Shown here piece by piece: positions 41,176 through 50,758 of a stretch of 64,000 nt of DNA. The stretch is from contig CAVSPA010000009.1 in NCBI GenBank assembly GCA_963729715.1, positions 1 to 64,000 on the forward strand. Reading direction: 5' to 3'. Positions within the stretch are counted from its first letter, which is position 1. Each line of letters starts with the position of its first letter. The notes beneath the pieces were generated by a model that was not told the origin of the DNA, searched no databases, and was given only the letters and a program-made list of their open reading frames with translations. Source of the stretch: an uncultured delta proteobacterium. Its GTDB lineage: Bacteria; Desulfobacterota; Syntrophia; Syntrophales; UBA2185. The position numbers and the translations under genes were made by a program.

Positions 41176-41435
41176 TTGCGACCTCGTGCCTTTGCTATCG
41201 CATCATAGATGTCGGATCTTTTCAATCCAGCCTTTTTTGCTTGCTTGCGGGCTTCAGCAATCAGTTTGTCAAATTCTTCCATGGATGGTTGGGAAAGGGA
41301 TTTGAATATTACCACATCTTTTTCTCCTACAACGACAAATTGCGCGCCAACCTTTAGGTTGAGTCGTTTACGTATATCCTCAGGGATGACTACTTGCCCC
41401 TTGGAGGACATTTTTGTGGTTGCCAATGTTGCCAT
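41172..41435 (-). CDS. AbrB/MazE-type antitoxin
   Basis: SSKGQVVIPEDIRKRL; 4-bp overlap with PIN gene. Confidence 0.92.
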   Translation of the reverse strand: MATLATTKMSSKGQVVIPEDIRKRLNLKVGAQFVVVGEKDVVIFKSLSQPSMEEFDKLIAEARKQAKKAGLKRSDIYDAIAKARGRK

Positions 41436-41570
41436 TATAAATCCTCCTAAATTATTTTCTTACTGGTAAGATTTTAGTATAAGTAATTTGATTTGGCAAG
41501 CCATAAATTTGGTATGCTGTTTTATTTAGATCCGTGGTTCTATCTTTTTTATGGTTCTGGAACTCGATTT

Positions 41571-41882
41571 TCAATCCAGAATTTTTGATCTCAGCAGCTT
41601 TTTCAAAGTTTCATATACGTCTATCTTTGATCCCTCTTTACGTATACCTATGCCGATGACAATAACCGTCACTGTTTTTACTTTCACTTCGTACACAATC
41701 CTGTAGCGGCTCGCGGCATGAATGCTGCGATACCCAGCAAGATTACCAGACAACGCTTTTCCTATTTTGTCAGGTGATTCTTTCAGGGTTTCGATCTTGC
41801 GGCCTATTGCGGTTTTTGCTCTGCCATCCAGGGATCTCAGGTACGCTTTCGCCTCGTCAGTCAGGGTAATTTTATAATTCAA
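41571..41882 (-). CDS. RelE/ParE-family toxin
   Basis: GKALSGNLAGYRS...RYRIVY...IGIR. Confidence 0.9.
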   Translation of the reverse strand: MNYKITLTDEAKAYLRSLDGRAKTAIGRKIETLKESPDKIGKALSGNLAGYRSIHAASRYRIVYEVKVKTVTVIVIGIGIRKEGSKIDVYETLKKLLRSKILD

Positions 41883-42144
41883 TGCCGAGCTCCTGCTTCA
41901 CCTTTTCCCAGTCGGTGACTTTGCCAGATTTAATATCCTGCACGCCCCTTTTAAATGCCTTCATCATGTCCGGATCTCCCAGAATCGCAATTGTTTCGTT
42001 CAGCGACTCATACAGTTCCCAAGGCATGAGTGCAAATACCTGCTTCCCACGAGAAGTTATTGATACTGTCTCGTCCGGCCCCATCTCTTTATGCAATTCA
42101 TTCAATTTTCGCCTTGCTTCGGATATTTGAATTTGCCTGATCAC
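41872..42144 (-). CDS. Phd/YefM-family antitoxin
   Basis: ISEARRKL...ITSRGK...YESLNETIAIL. Confidence 0.9.
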   Translation of the reverse strand: MIRQIQISEARRKLNELHKEMGPDETVSITSRGKQVFALMPWELYESLNETIAILGDPDMMKAFKRGVQDIKSGKVTDWEKVKQELGIEL

Positions 42145-42642
42145 TTTTTATATACCCCCTTAAGTGTTCTTTTGCTTGTACATCTAAAAGACCTTATAGT
42201 CAAGTGAAAAAGAATTTTACTGCTATTATTTGCTTTAATGAAAAAGGAAATAGCGGCGATCTGCACAACGACTTTACACGTTCTAAAAAGTACCGTTCAC
42301 AATCGGTAATCCTCACCTCGTTTCTAAACTGAACGTTGAGGATAAGGTGGCAGCAATAACCGGCGCATTTCATTTTTTCACTGATCAAGTGCCGGCATAC
42401 AAAAAGAAAAAGCCGTCTCAGGAGCCGTCAACTCCCCAAAAACTGCTTAAAATAGCCGGCCATTTTCTGGCTTCTGCTGTAAACTTCGTCCAGAATATAT
42501 TTCTATGTATTTATTTTTTCTCGGCTTTTACGACCTTTGTTTTCTTGATATTTTTAGTAGATGTGGAGAAAAGGAGCTTTTGGGTAATCGGCTAAATCGG
42601 TGAGGAACGGAAATTTGTAACATCATGATAATAAACGATAAT

Positions 42643-42690
42643 TGGCGTCCCCACCGGGATTCGAACCCGGGTTACCGGCGTGAAAGGCCG
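42643..42690 (-). repeat. tRNA-Glu(TTC) 3'-half copy 3 (att-like)
   Basis: Revcomp CGGCCTTTCACGCCG...GGGGACGCCA; match ends in anticodon stem. Confidence 0.9.
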
Positions 42691-43001
42691 AAAAAGAGCG
42701 TATTCCACCTGATTTTACATGCTTTTAAGGCCGTTTAGAGCCGTCTTTCGGAACCAAAAGCCGTCTAAAAAGCCGTCTGATAGGAAATCAGATTTGCGGT
42801 AAAAGAAAAGTTTAAGATCCCGCCCTTCGATCGAGACAAAGATTTCTCCTTTCAGCCGAAATGACAAAGCGGGAGTTTTTCAAAGGTCTCGATGACCGGT
42901 CAAAATGGGGGCTACTTAACAAGGCAATTAGGTTGCCAGCAAACTGAAATATGGTTTTCTTAAAATTGAAATGTACATGAGTCTACACATAACCGTTTTT
43001 T

Positions 43002-44351
43002 GGTAGTGTAAAATCTTTTGTGTAAATTCATGATGGTAGAAAAAAAGGCGCTTTTCCTTTACAAGGGTTTATCCCAAAACCTGAGAGAAAGGAGAAAGCG
43101 CCATGAAACTGGAAATTACAGTAGCCGAAGTTAAGGAGATTTTCAAGGAGATTCAGGAGCAACCGGAGCAACTTTTTGAGATGATGCGATTGGACATCAA
43201 AAAGACGGTTGGGCAATATCTGACAGCGCTGATGAATGCGGAACTCACCCACTTTCTGGGGAGAGAACCCTATGAACGTGGTAAGGATGAAATAAATCAT
43301 CGCAATGGCACCTATGATCGTAACTTCACATTAAAAGACATTGGGAAGGTACAGGTCAAAATTCCCCGAGACAGGGAGGGTGATTTTAAGACCAATGTTA
43401 TTCCCCGGAGCAAGCAGTACGAAGAAGAGATAAGCCGGGATTTAAGCCTGATGTTTTTAACGGGAATCAGTACCCGGAGTCTTTCCATGATCTCCCGTAG
43501 ATTGATCGGGCGGCGTATTTCCCATACAGAGATCAGCCACGCAAATACTGATCTGACAGAGGCCGTTGAGAAGTGGAGGATGAGAGATCTATCCCAGGAA
43601 CCCATCAAATATCTCTTTGTGGATGGTGTGAATTTCCGTATGCGTGTGGGAAGAAGTGTTGAGTTAATACCTGTTCTGGTGTCTATCGGTGTTACAGAAA
43701 GAGGCCACAAGCTGGTTGTAGGTTTGCAAGCCGGGGACAAAGAGTCTGCTTCCTCCTGGAGGGAGTTTTTCAAGGATTTAAAAGTTCGTGGATTGGATGG
43801 CCAGAAAGTTACCCTGGGAATCATGGATGGTTTATCGGGATTGGAATCTGTTTTTGAAGAAGAGTTTCCCAAAGCCAAGATCCAACGCTGCCAGGTCTAT
43901 GTTGCCCGGAATGTTCTGGCCAAGGTACCTAAGAAACTGAAACAAGCTGTGGCGAATGATGTAAGAACCATCTTCTATGCCTCTTCAAAGGAGACGGCGC
44001 TGGAATCTTTTGAAATCTTCAAAAGGAAATGGGAGAAGGATATCCCTTCTGCCGTAAGTTGTTTAGAGAGATCCATTGACGCCTGTTTGTCTTTTTTCAA
44101 CTTCCCCAAGGAAGAGTGGATTTCATTGAGAACCTCAAATATCATTGAACGGTTGAACAAGGAATTTAAACGGAGAACAAAATCCATGGAGATACTGGCC
44201 GGAGAGTCTGCCTGCTATCGTCTCCTGGCCTTTGTCTCTCTAAAAATGGAACTGCATTGGAGATCAAACCCCGTAGGAAAAGTGCAAAAAAACCTGCCAT
44301 TCTTTCAAGAAGTGGCCTATGAAAAATTTACACAATAAAATTGACAGTACC
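43002..44351 (+). mobile_element. IS256-family element
   Basis: 27-bp imperfect IRs GGTAGTGTAAAATCTTTTGTGTAAATT / revcomp GGTACTGTCAATTTTATTGTGTAAATT; no flanking DR. Confidence 0.9.
43103..44338 (+). CDS. IS256 (Mutator) transposase
   Basis: RNG, PRDR, LFVDG, IMDG, QRC, RTSNIIERLNKE. Confidence 0.95.
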   Translation: MKLEITVAEVKEIFKEIQEQPEQLFEMMRLDIKKTVGQYLTALMNAELTHFLGREPYERGKDEINHRNGTYDRNFTLKDIGKVQVKIPRDREGDFKTNVIPRSKQYEEEISRDLSLMFLTGISTRSLSMISRRLIGRRISHTEISHANTDLTEAVEKWRMRDLSQEPIKYLFVDGVNFRMRVGRSVELIPVLVSIGVTERGHKLVVGLQAGDKESASSWREFFKDLKVRGLDGQKVTLGIMDGLSGLESVFEEEFPKAKIQRCQVYVARNVLAKVPKKLKQAVANDVRTIFYASSKETALESFEIFKRKWEKDIPSAVSCLERSIDACLSFFNFPKEEWISLRTSNIIERLNKEFKRRTKSMEILAGESACYRLLAFVSLKMELHWRSNPVGKVQKNLPFFQEVAYEKFTQ

Positions 44352-44632
44352 GTGCTTCTTGGTTATGACCCATGCCATTTGTTAAGCTGTAAAAGCAGTA
44401 TTACCACTCTTTTTTATCTCTTCCTTCCTGCAATCCACAATCGTTTTGCTTGCTGAAATATTCAAGATTACAGATGATAATTTGCGTTTATCGGTAGAAA
44501 TTCCACTTGACAAAAACCCCCATTTAGCATTTGTTATTTCTACCGTTTTGACTGAAGAGTCAAAACCACGTATAGCTTATCAATCGTTACCTTTCCAACC
44601 TCACAGATCCTCTAAAAACAGGGGGCAACCTG

Positions 44633-47600
44633 ATGAAAGATCAATCCAAGACAAAGCAGGCATTGATTCAGGAACTGGTTTCTCTAAGGCAGAGAATCGC
44701 AGAGTTGGAACAATCGGAATCAGAGCACAAATGGGCAGAGGAGGCGCTCCGAGAGAGCGAGGATAGATACCGCTCGCTCTTTGATAACAGTATCGATGCC
44801 GTCCTACTGACGGTACCGGATGGAAAAATCATGGCGGCAAACCCCGAAGCCTGTCGAATTTTCGGGCGCACCGAAGAAGAAATATGCCGAATCGGCAGGG
44901 CGGGTTTGATCGATCCGACAGACCCACGCTTGGCAGCGGCGCTGGAGGAAAGAGTGCGCACAGGTCAGTTTCGGGGAGAACTCACCTTCATCCGCAAAGA
45001 CGGCACCTCGTTTCCCGGCGAAATTTCTACAGCCATCTTCAGGGATTACGACGGTAACTCGAAGACGAGCATGATCATCCGTGACATCACCGAGCGCAAG
45101 CGGGTAGAGCAAGCGCTGCGGGAAAGCGAGGAGAGAAACAGATATCTTGTCCAGCATGCGCCTACGGGCATCTTCGAGGCCGATTTCACGGCTGGAAAGT
45201 ATTTGAGCGTAAACGATGTCATGTGTCAGTACACCGGCTATACCAGAGAAGAATTTCTATCCCTGAACCCCATACAATTGCTCGCCGAGGAAAGTGTGGA
45301 AGCATTTATACAGCGGCATGTCAAAGTCCTTGCGGGTGAGCCGGTTCCGGATAATATCGAATTCAAGATAAAGCGCAAGGACGGCAGTGAGTTCTGGGTT
45401 ATTCTCAATACACGCTATTTATACGAACCGAACAATCGGATCATTGCGACGGTCATCGCACACGACATCACCGATCGTAAGCAGGCAGAAAATGCCTTGG
45501 CAATGAGCGAGCACAGGTTCAAAGAACTGTTTGAGAATATGAGCAGCAGCGTTGGTGTTTATGAGGCAACAGCCGATGGGAAAGACTTTATATTGAGGAA
45601 TTTCAACAAGGCTGCTGAACAAGCGGAACAGATTGACAGGAAAGACGTCATCGGAAAGTCCGTCATCGATGTTTTTCCCGGCGTCACGAATATGGGCTTA
45701 TTTGAAGTATTCCAGAGAGTCTGGAGTACCGGAAAACCCGAGCATCTCCCTGCCTCCTTTTACAGGGACAAGCGTATAGAAGGTTGGAGAGAAAATTACA
45801 TTTATAAGCTGCTCACTGGCGAGATTGTGAGCATATATAATGACATTACTGACCGCAAGAAAGCAGAAGATACATTGCGGGGAAGTGAGGCGCGTTTCGC
45901 TAAAATCTTTAATGCCAGCCCTGTCGCCATTGCTATCACCCGGCTTAAGGATAATCGCCTCATAGATATCAGCAGTGCATGGCAAAAAGCGACAGGTTAC
46001 TCACGGGAAGAGATCATTGGTCGTACCCCGATCGAATTGAACACTTGGGTCAATCCCGGCGAGCGAGATCAGCTCATCAGCACCCTGCGCGAACAGGGAA
46101 CGGCGCGGAATTTCCCTTTTCAACTCCGGCATAAGTCCGGCACTGTTTTCGAGATGCTCTTGACAGCGGAAGTGATCGAACTGGCTGGCGAGCAATATAT
46201 GCTGTCGCTCGCACAGGACATTACAGAACTCAAGCGTGCCGAAGAGGCGCTCCTCGAAAGCGAGACGAAATACCGCGGTCTATACAATTCCACCCAGGAC
46301 GGAATTGCGATGGCAAATCTCAAAGGTCATTTTATTGAATGCAACCGGGCTTTTTTGGATATGCTTGGTTATACCGAAAAAGAAATAAAGGGTATGACTT
46401 ATCAGCAGACAACGCCGGCGAAATGGCATGATATGGAAAGAAATATCGTTGTCAATAAGATCCTGAAAACGGGCTATTCCAATATCTACGAAAAAGAATA
46501 CATAAGGAAAGACGGTACGGTGTTTCCTGTTTCTATGAGAGTATGGGCTACTAGAGATGATACAGGAAAGATCACGGGGTTATGGGCTATTATAAGAGAC
46601 ATCACCGAGCGCAAGCAGGCCGAGGAGGCGCTGAGACGGGCTGAAGAGAACTTCCGCCGGTCTCTGGATGACTCTCCGCTGGGAGTGCGCATCGTGACCT
46701 TAGAAGGTGATACCATTTATGCCAACCGGGTCATTCTGGATATCTATGGATACGACAGCATTGAGGAACTAAGAACGACACCACTTAAGAAGCGCTACAC
46801 CCCGGAGAGCTTTGCCGAGTTTCAGATAAGAAGGGAAAAAAGAAAGCGAGGCGATCATAAACCATCCGAATACGACATAAGCATCGTAAGAAAAGATGGT
46901 GAAGTCCGGCATCTCCATGTCTTCCGCAAAGAAGTACTTTGGAATGGTGAGAGACAATTTCAAGTCTTATACAACGATGTAACCAAGCGCAGGCGGGCAG
47001 AGGAAGCGCTGATACAATCAGAGAAAAAGTACCGCGACATTTTCGAGATGACCGTGGAAGGTATTTACCGATCAACGCCAGCAGGGAGGTTTATCATCGT
47101 CAATCCGGCATTTGTGAGGATATGTGGTTATGCGTCGGCGGAAGAGATGACGGAAAAAGTGACCGATATAGCAAATCAGCTTTATGCGAGCCCGGAAGAC
47201 AGATTGCGGTTTCAAAAACTTATCGCTGCTAAAGGAGAAGTGAAAGGCTTCGAGGTGCAATTCAAACACCCGACGAAAGGGCTGGCCTGGATTTCCATCA
47301 ATTCAGAGGCACTCCGCGATGAACATGGTAATATCCAGTATTACAACGGGACGATAGAAGATGTCACCGAGCGCAAGCGGGCGGAGGAAGCAATAAAGGC
47401 ATCACAGCAACAGTTACGCGCCTTTGCCGACCGGCTTCAATCCGTGCGTGAGGAGCAGAGAAAAGAGTTGGCCCGGGAAATCCACGATGAGTTGGGGGGC
47501 GCGTTGACCGGATTGAAGATTGACCTCTCCTTTCTGGCAAGCAGCGCACCAAAGAGCCGGGATAAAAATAAGAGAGATTCATTCCTGAGTAAAATGTTTG

Positions 47601-48112
47601 ACATGTCAAAACTCATTGATGAAACTATTGGCACGGTCCGCAGGCTCGTGACAGAACTGAGGCCGAGCATCCTGGATGATTTTGGTCTTCTTGCAGCTCT
47701 TGAATGGCAGCTCCAGGAATTCCAGAAAAGGACGGGTATTCAAAGTGAATTTGTCTCAACCATGGAACACATCAAGCTGGATGAGAAACTTTCCATAGCG
47801 GTATTTCGTATCTTTCAGGAGGCTTTGACCAACGTGGCCCGTCATGCAAACGCAACAAAAGTTACCACGACTTTATATAAAGAGGCGGACAATCTCGTAC
47901 TGAAAGTGGAAGACAACGGAAGAGGAATAAGCGCGGATGATATTCATAATACGAAGTCCATTGGACTCATCGGCATGCGCGAACGCGCGTTGTTTCTCGG
48001 AGGAACAGTCAATTTCTCCGGTGAGCCATCTAAAGGGACAACCGTCTCAGTGCGATTTCCATATAGGTCGCAAGAAGGAACGGGGAAGATTCCGACGAAA
48101 TCAGGAAGATGA
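44633..48112 (+). CDS. Cytoplasmic histidine kinase, 7 PAS + HisKA_3 + HATPase
   Basis: Seven DIT/DVT-ERK-type linkers; AREIHDELG, QEALTNV, DNGRG, GLIGMRER. Confidence 0.94.
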   Translation: MKDQSKTKQALIQELVSLRQRIAELEQSESEHKWAEEALRESEDRYRSLFDNSIDAVLLTVPDGKIMAANPEACRIFGRTEEEICRIGRAGLIDPTDPRLAAALEERVRTGQFRGELTFIRKDGTSFPGEISTAIFRDYDGNSKTSMIIRDITERKRVEQALRESEERNRYLVQHAPTGIFEADFTAGKYLSVNDVMCQYTGYTREEFLSLNPIQLLAEESVEAFIQRHVKVLAGEPVPDNIEFKIKRKDGSEFWVILNTRYLYEPNNRIIATVIAHDITDRKQAENALAMSEHRFKELFENMSSSVGVYEATADGKDFILRNFNKAAEQAEQIDRKDVIGKSVIDVFPGVTNMGLFEVFQRVWSTGKPEHLPASFYRDKRIEGWRENYIYKLLTGEIVSIYNDITDRKKAEDTLRGSEARFAKIFNASPVAIAITRLKDNRLIDISSAWQKATGYSREEIIGRTPIELNTWVNPGERDQLISTLREQGTARNFPFQLRHKSGTVFEMLLTAEVIELAGEQYMLSLAQDITELKRAEEALLESETKYRGLYNSTQDGIAMANLKGHFIECNRAFLDMLGYTEKEIKGMTYQQTTPAKWHDMERNIVVNKILKTGYSNIYEKEYIRKDGTVFPVSMRVWATRDDTGKITGLWAIIRDITERKQAEEALRRAEENFRRSLDDSPLGVRIVTLEGDTIYANRVILDIYGYDSIEELRTTPLKKRYTPESFAEFQIRREKRKRGDHKPSEYDISIVRKDGEVRHLHVFRKEVLWNGERQFQVLYNDVTKRRRAEEALIQSEKKYRDIFEMTVEGIYRSTPAGRFIIVNPAFVRICGYASAEEMTEKVTDIANQLYASPEDRLRFQKLIAAKGEVKGFEVQFKHPTKGLAWISINSEALRDEHGNIQYYNGTIEDVTERKRAEEAIKASQQQLRAFADRLQSVREEQRKELAREIHDELGGALTGLKIDLSFLASSAPKSRDKNKRDSFLSKMFDMSKLIDETIGTVRRLVTELRPSILDDFGLLAALEWQLQEFQKRTGIQSEFVSTMEHIKLDEKLSIAVFRIFQEALTNVARHANATKVTTTLYKEADNLVLKVEDNGRGISADDIHNTKSIGLIGMRERALFLGGTVNFSGEPSKGTTVSVRFPYRSQEGTGKIPTKSGR

Positions 48113-48150
48113 AATAAATAAAGCATGATACATGAAAAGAGGTTTGCGGA

Positions 48151-48780
48151 ATGATCAGAATCATCGTCGTGGATGACCATCCCATTGTGCGACGGGGGCT
48201 GAAACAGATACTTCAAGAGGAGCCTGACGTAAAAGTGGTTGGTGAGGCGGAGAGCGAGCAGGAGGCATTTAAAATAATCCACACCATAGATTGCGATGCA
48301 GTTGTTCTTGATATTTCTCTGCCCGGCGCAAGCGGGGTAGAAATATTGAAACAATTAAAATACGAATACAAGAAGCTGCCCGTGCTCATTCTGAGTATGC
48401 ATCCCGAGGAGCAATACGCGGTACGTGTGATGAAAGCGGGTGCCGCCGGTTATCTGACAAAGGAAAGCGCACCGGAGGAACTGGTAAGAGCCATCAGAAA
48501 GATAATCTCCGGAGGAAAGTATATCAGTTCATCTCTTGCAGAGATACTGATCACGGATATCGACGCGTCCGGAAAACCACGCCATGAAAAACTCTCTGAC
48601 AGGGAACTTGAAATTATGCGCATGATTTCCCAGGGAAAAGCAATAAAGAAAATTGCCGAAGAATTATGTCTCAGCGAAAACACTGTAAGCACCTACCGCA
48701 CACGCCTTCTCAAAAAGATGAATATGACTACTAATGCGGAAATCATCAACTACGCATTAAAGAATAAACTTGTCGAATAA
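48151..48780 (+). CDS. NarL/UvrY-type response regulator (REC-LuxR HTH)
   Basis: VDDH, LDISLP, AGAAGYLTK, LSDRE...TVSTYR. Confidence 0.95.
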   Translation: MIRIIVVDDHPIVRRGLKQILQEEPDVKVVGEAESEQEAFKIIHTIDCDAVVLDISLPGASGVEILKQLKYEYKKLPVLILSMHPEEQYAVRVMKAGAAGYLTKESAPEELVRAIRKIISGGKYISSSLAEILITDIDASGKPRHEKLSDRELEIMRMISQGKAIKKIAEELCLSENTVSTYRTRLLKKMNMTTNAEIINYALKNKLVE

Positions 48781-48895
48781 TAAATCAGAAGGAACCTTCC
48801 GCAACATTGCCTCCATTCCTACATCATCTCAGCTATTTATCAAAGAACTAAGTGCAGTTCAAATGGGGAATTACCTAACTCTTTATTCCCTCCTT

Positions 48896-48913
48896 TGTAG
48901 GGGAATCCCTACA
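48896..48913. promoter_or_regulatory. Palindrome, candidate NarL/GacA-type binding site
   Basis: TGTAGGG-GAAT-CCCTACA perfect 7-bp IR. Confidence 0.45.
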
Positions 48914-49274
48914 AAAAAATAAGGGATCCTTGACAGACAAATAAAAATAAACAGTCTATTATTGAAACAAATAACACGGGGATGCTCGTGAATTATCTGT
49001 ACTGATGCCACATTTTTCCTTCTCATTGTGACTAGGATTCGGCCACATCTCGCAGTGCGGCATTACAGACGTCCTTCAGGGTTTCATGAGAGTTTAAGTT
49101 GATAATTATCTTCCACCTATGAATAGAGGGAGGATATTGAAAATTGGGACGGAGAATAAAGATGCATAAAAGACTGTACAGGAATTTAAGAACTAAAAGG
49201 CAGACCGGGAGAAACATTGTCTTCACGTCATGCATTCTGGCAGAGCTCATGTGCGGCGAAAGGGAAATGAATTC

Positions 49275-49667
49275 ATGAAGTGTTTTATTGTCGATGATTC
49301 GGAACGCGTTGTTGAAGGGGTGAGGGCTCTTCTGTCCAATATTGAGGGATTGGAATTCATAGGCCAGGCAACGAACGCAAAGGATGCTGTCGAAGCTATT
49401 GAAAGACTGAAACCTGGCGTGGTGATATTAGATATTCGCCTCATTGGCGGGAATGGGATGAACGTTCTTGAACGTATCAAGAAAGAACAGTCGCCGCCTG
49501 TTGTCATCATGCTTACCAACTATCCCTATCCTCAATATCGGGAAAAATGCAGGAAACTTGGCGCGGAGTATTTTTTCGATAAGGTAACGGAAATTGACGA
49601 CTTTGTTAAAGTGCTAAGAAAATTGGCTCAGGATCCTTCTCAGGGAAAATTGCCATTGTGTAATTAA
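49275..49667 (+). CDS. Single-domain response regulator
   Basis: IVDDS, LDIRL, MLT, FFDK. Confidence 0.9.
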   Translation: MKCFIVDDSERVVEGVRALLSNIEGLEFIGQATNAKDAVEAIERLKPGVVILDIRLIGGNGMNVLERIKKEQSPPVVIMLTNYPYPQYREKCRKLGAEYFFDKVTEIDDFVKVLRKLAQDPSQGKLPLCN

Positions 49668-49728
49668 TGACAAGGTCAGACGCATTACAAAATGACGAGC
49701 AGCAAGTTTGGGTCAAGGAGGAAATAAT

Positions 49729-50742
49729 ATGTCTAATTTAAAAGCGCATTCGCGTATCTCCACACTTCTTCTCACGGTGCTTGTGGTGATCGTATTTTCC
49801 GGGACCGCTTGCAATCGGCAGGAACAGGCCGGACCGCCGGAGAAGATTACTATAGCTTACGCAACTATACCGCATGCTGCCCTCTTTCATATAGCTTTAG
49901 CGAAGGGCTTTTTCTCTGCCGAGGGTTTAGATGTAACGCCTCAGTCACATGAATTCGGTAAAGTTTCCCTCGATTCAGTCCTCGAAGGCAAAGCGGATTT
50001 GGCGACTGCGGCAGATACACCCATCATGTTTGCCGTTACAGGCGGCAAGAGCATCTACACGATCGCCACAATTGCAACTTCAAACAAATCCATGGCCATT
50101 GTTGCCCGGAAAGACCGGGGAATTTCAGGACCCTCAGAGCTTAGAGGAAAAAAAATCGGGGTATCTCGGGGCACCGCAGCCGAGTTCTTCATGGATTCCT
50201 TTCTTTCTACACGTGGGATAGACAGGAAGGAAGTCAAGGTGATTGACCTCAATCCTCACGAGATGCTTGATGCCCTCACCAAGGAAAGGGTTGATGCAGT
50301 CTCCGTTTGGGATCCCACCCTGACGAACATAGAGAGGGTGCTAAAAGATCATGCAATTGTCTTCTACGATGACACCATCTACAGCGACATTTTTTGCATC
50401 GCAGCGCGGCAGGAATTCGTAAAAAAACACCCCGAAGCTGTAAGAAAGGTTCTGCGGGCACTCATAAGGGCGGAATATTTCATGAAGCAAAATAAAGAGG
50501 AATCGCTGCGGATTATCGCGGAAGCCACCAAGACGGACAAAGAGTTTCTTGGCGAGATATTGAAGTCTTTCGATTTCAGGGTAACCCTGGATCAGCCCCT
50601 CGTCGTGAGCCTTGAGGACCAGACAAGGTGGGCTCAACAAAGCAAGCTGACGGGAGGATCGGCTATGCCCAACTATCTCAATTTTATTTATTTCGACGGC
50701 CTGCAATCTGTAAAACCAGAAGCTGTCAGGATAATAAGGTAG
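49729..50742 (+). CDS. SsuA/NMT1-like substrate-binding lipoprotein
   Basis: Lipobox-like GTAC; KGFF..EGLDV, LRGKKIG, DAVSVWDP. Confidence 0.88.
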   Translation: MSNLKAHSRISTLLLTVLVVIVFSGTACNRQEQAGPPEKITIAYATIPHAALFHIALAKGFFSAEGLDVTPQSHEFGKVSLDSVLEGKADLATAADTPIMFAVTGGKSIYTIATIATSNKSMAIVARKDRGISGPSELRGKKIGVSRGTAAEFFMDSFLSTRGIDRKEVKVIDLNPHEMLDALTKERVDAVSVWDPTLTNIERVLKDHAIVFYDDTIYSDIFCIAARQEFVKKHPEAVRKVLRALIRAEYFMKQNKEESLRIIAEATKTDKEFLGEILKSFDFRVTLDQPLVVSLEDQTRWAQQSKLTGGSAMPNYLNFIYFDGLQSVKPEAVRIIR

Positions 50743-50758
50743 ACAAAAGGGGAACAGG

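Larger units (their letters stand above)
29224..42690. mobile_element. tRNA-Glu-bounded integrative segment (about 13.5 kb), no integrase
   Basis: Bounded by tRNA fragments; same termini as 4133-29278; TA modules at one end. Confidence 0.7.

Noticed and set aside
44446..44766. 106-aa ORF before the PAS kinase
   Set aside because: TTG start, overlaps the kinase out of frame, no motifs
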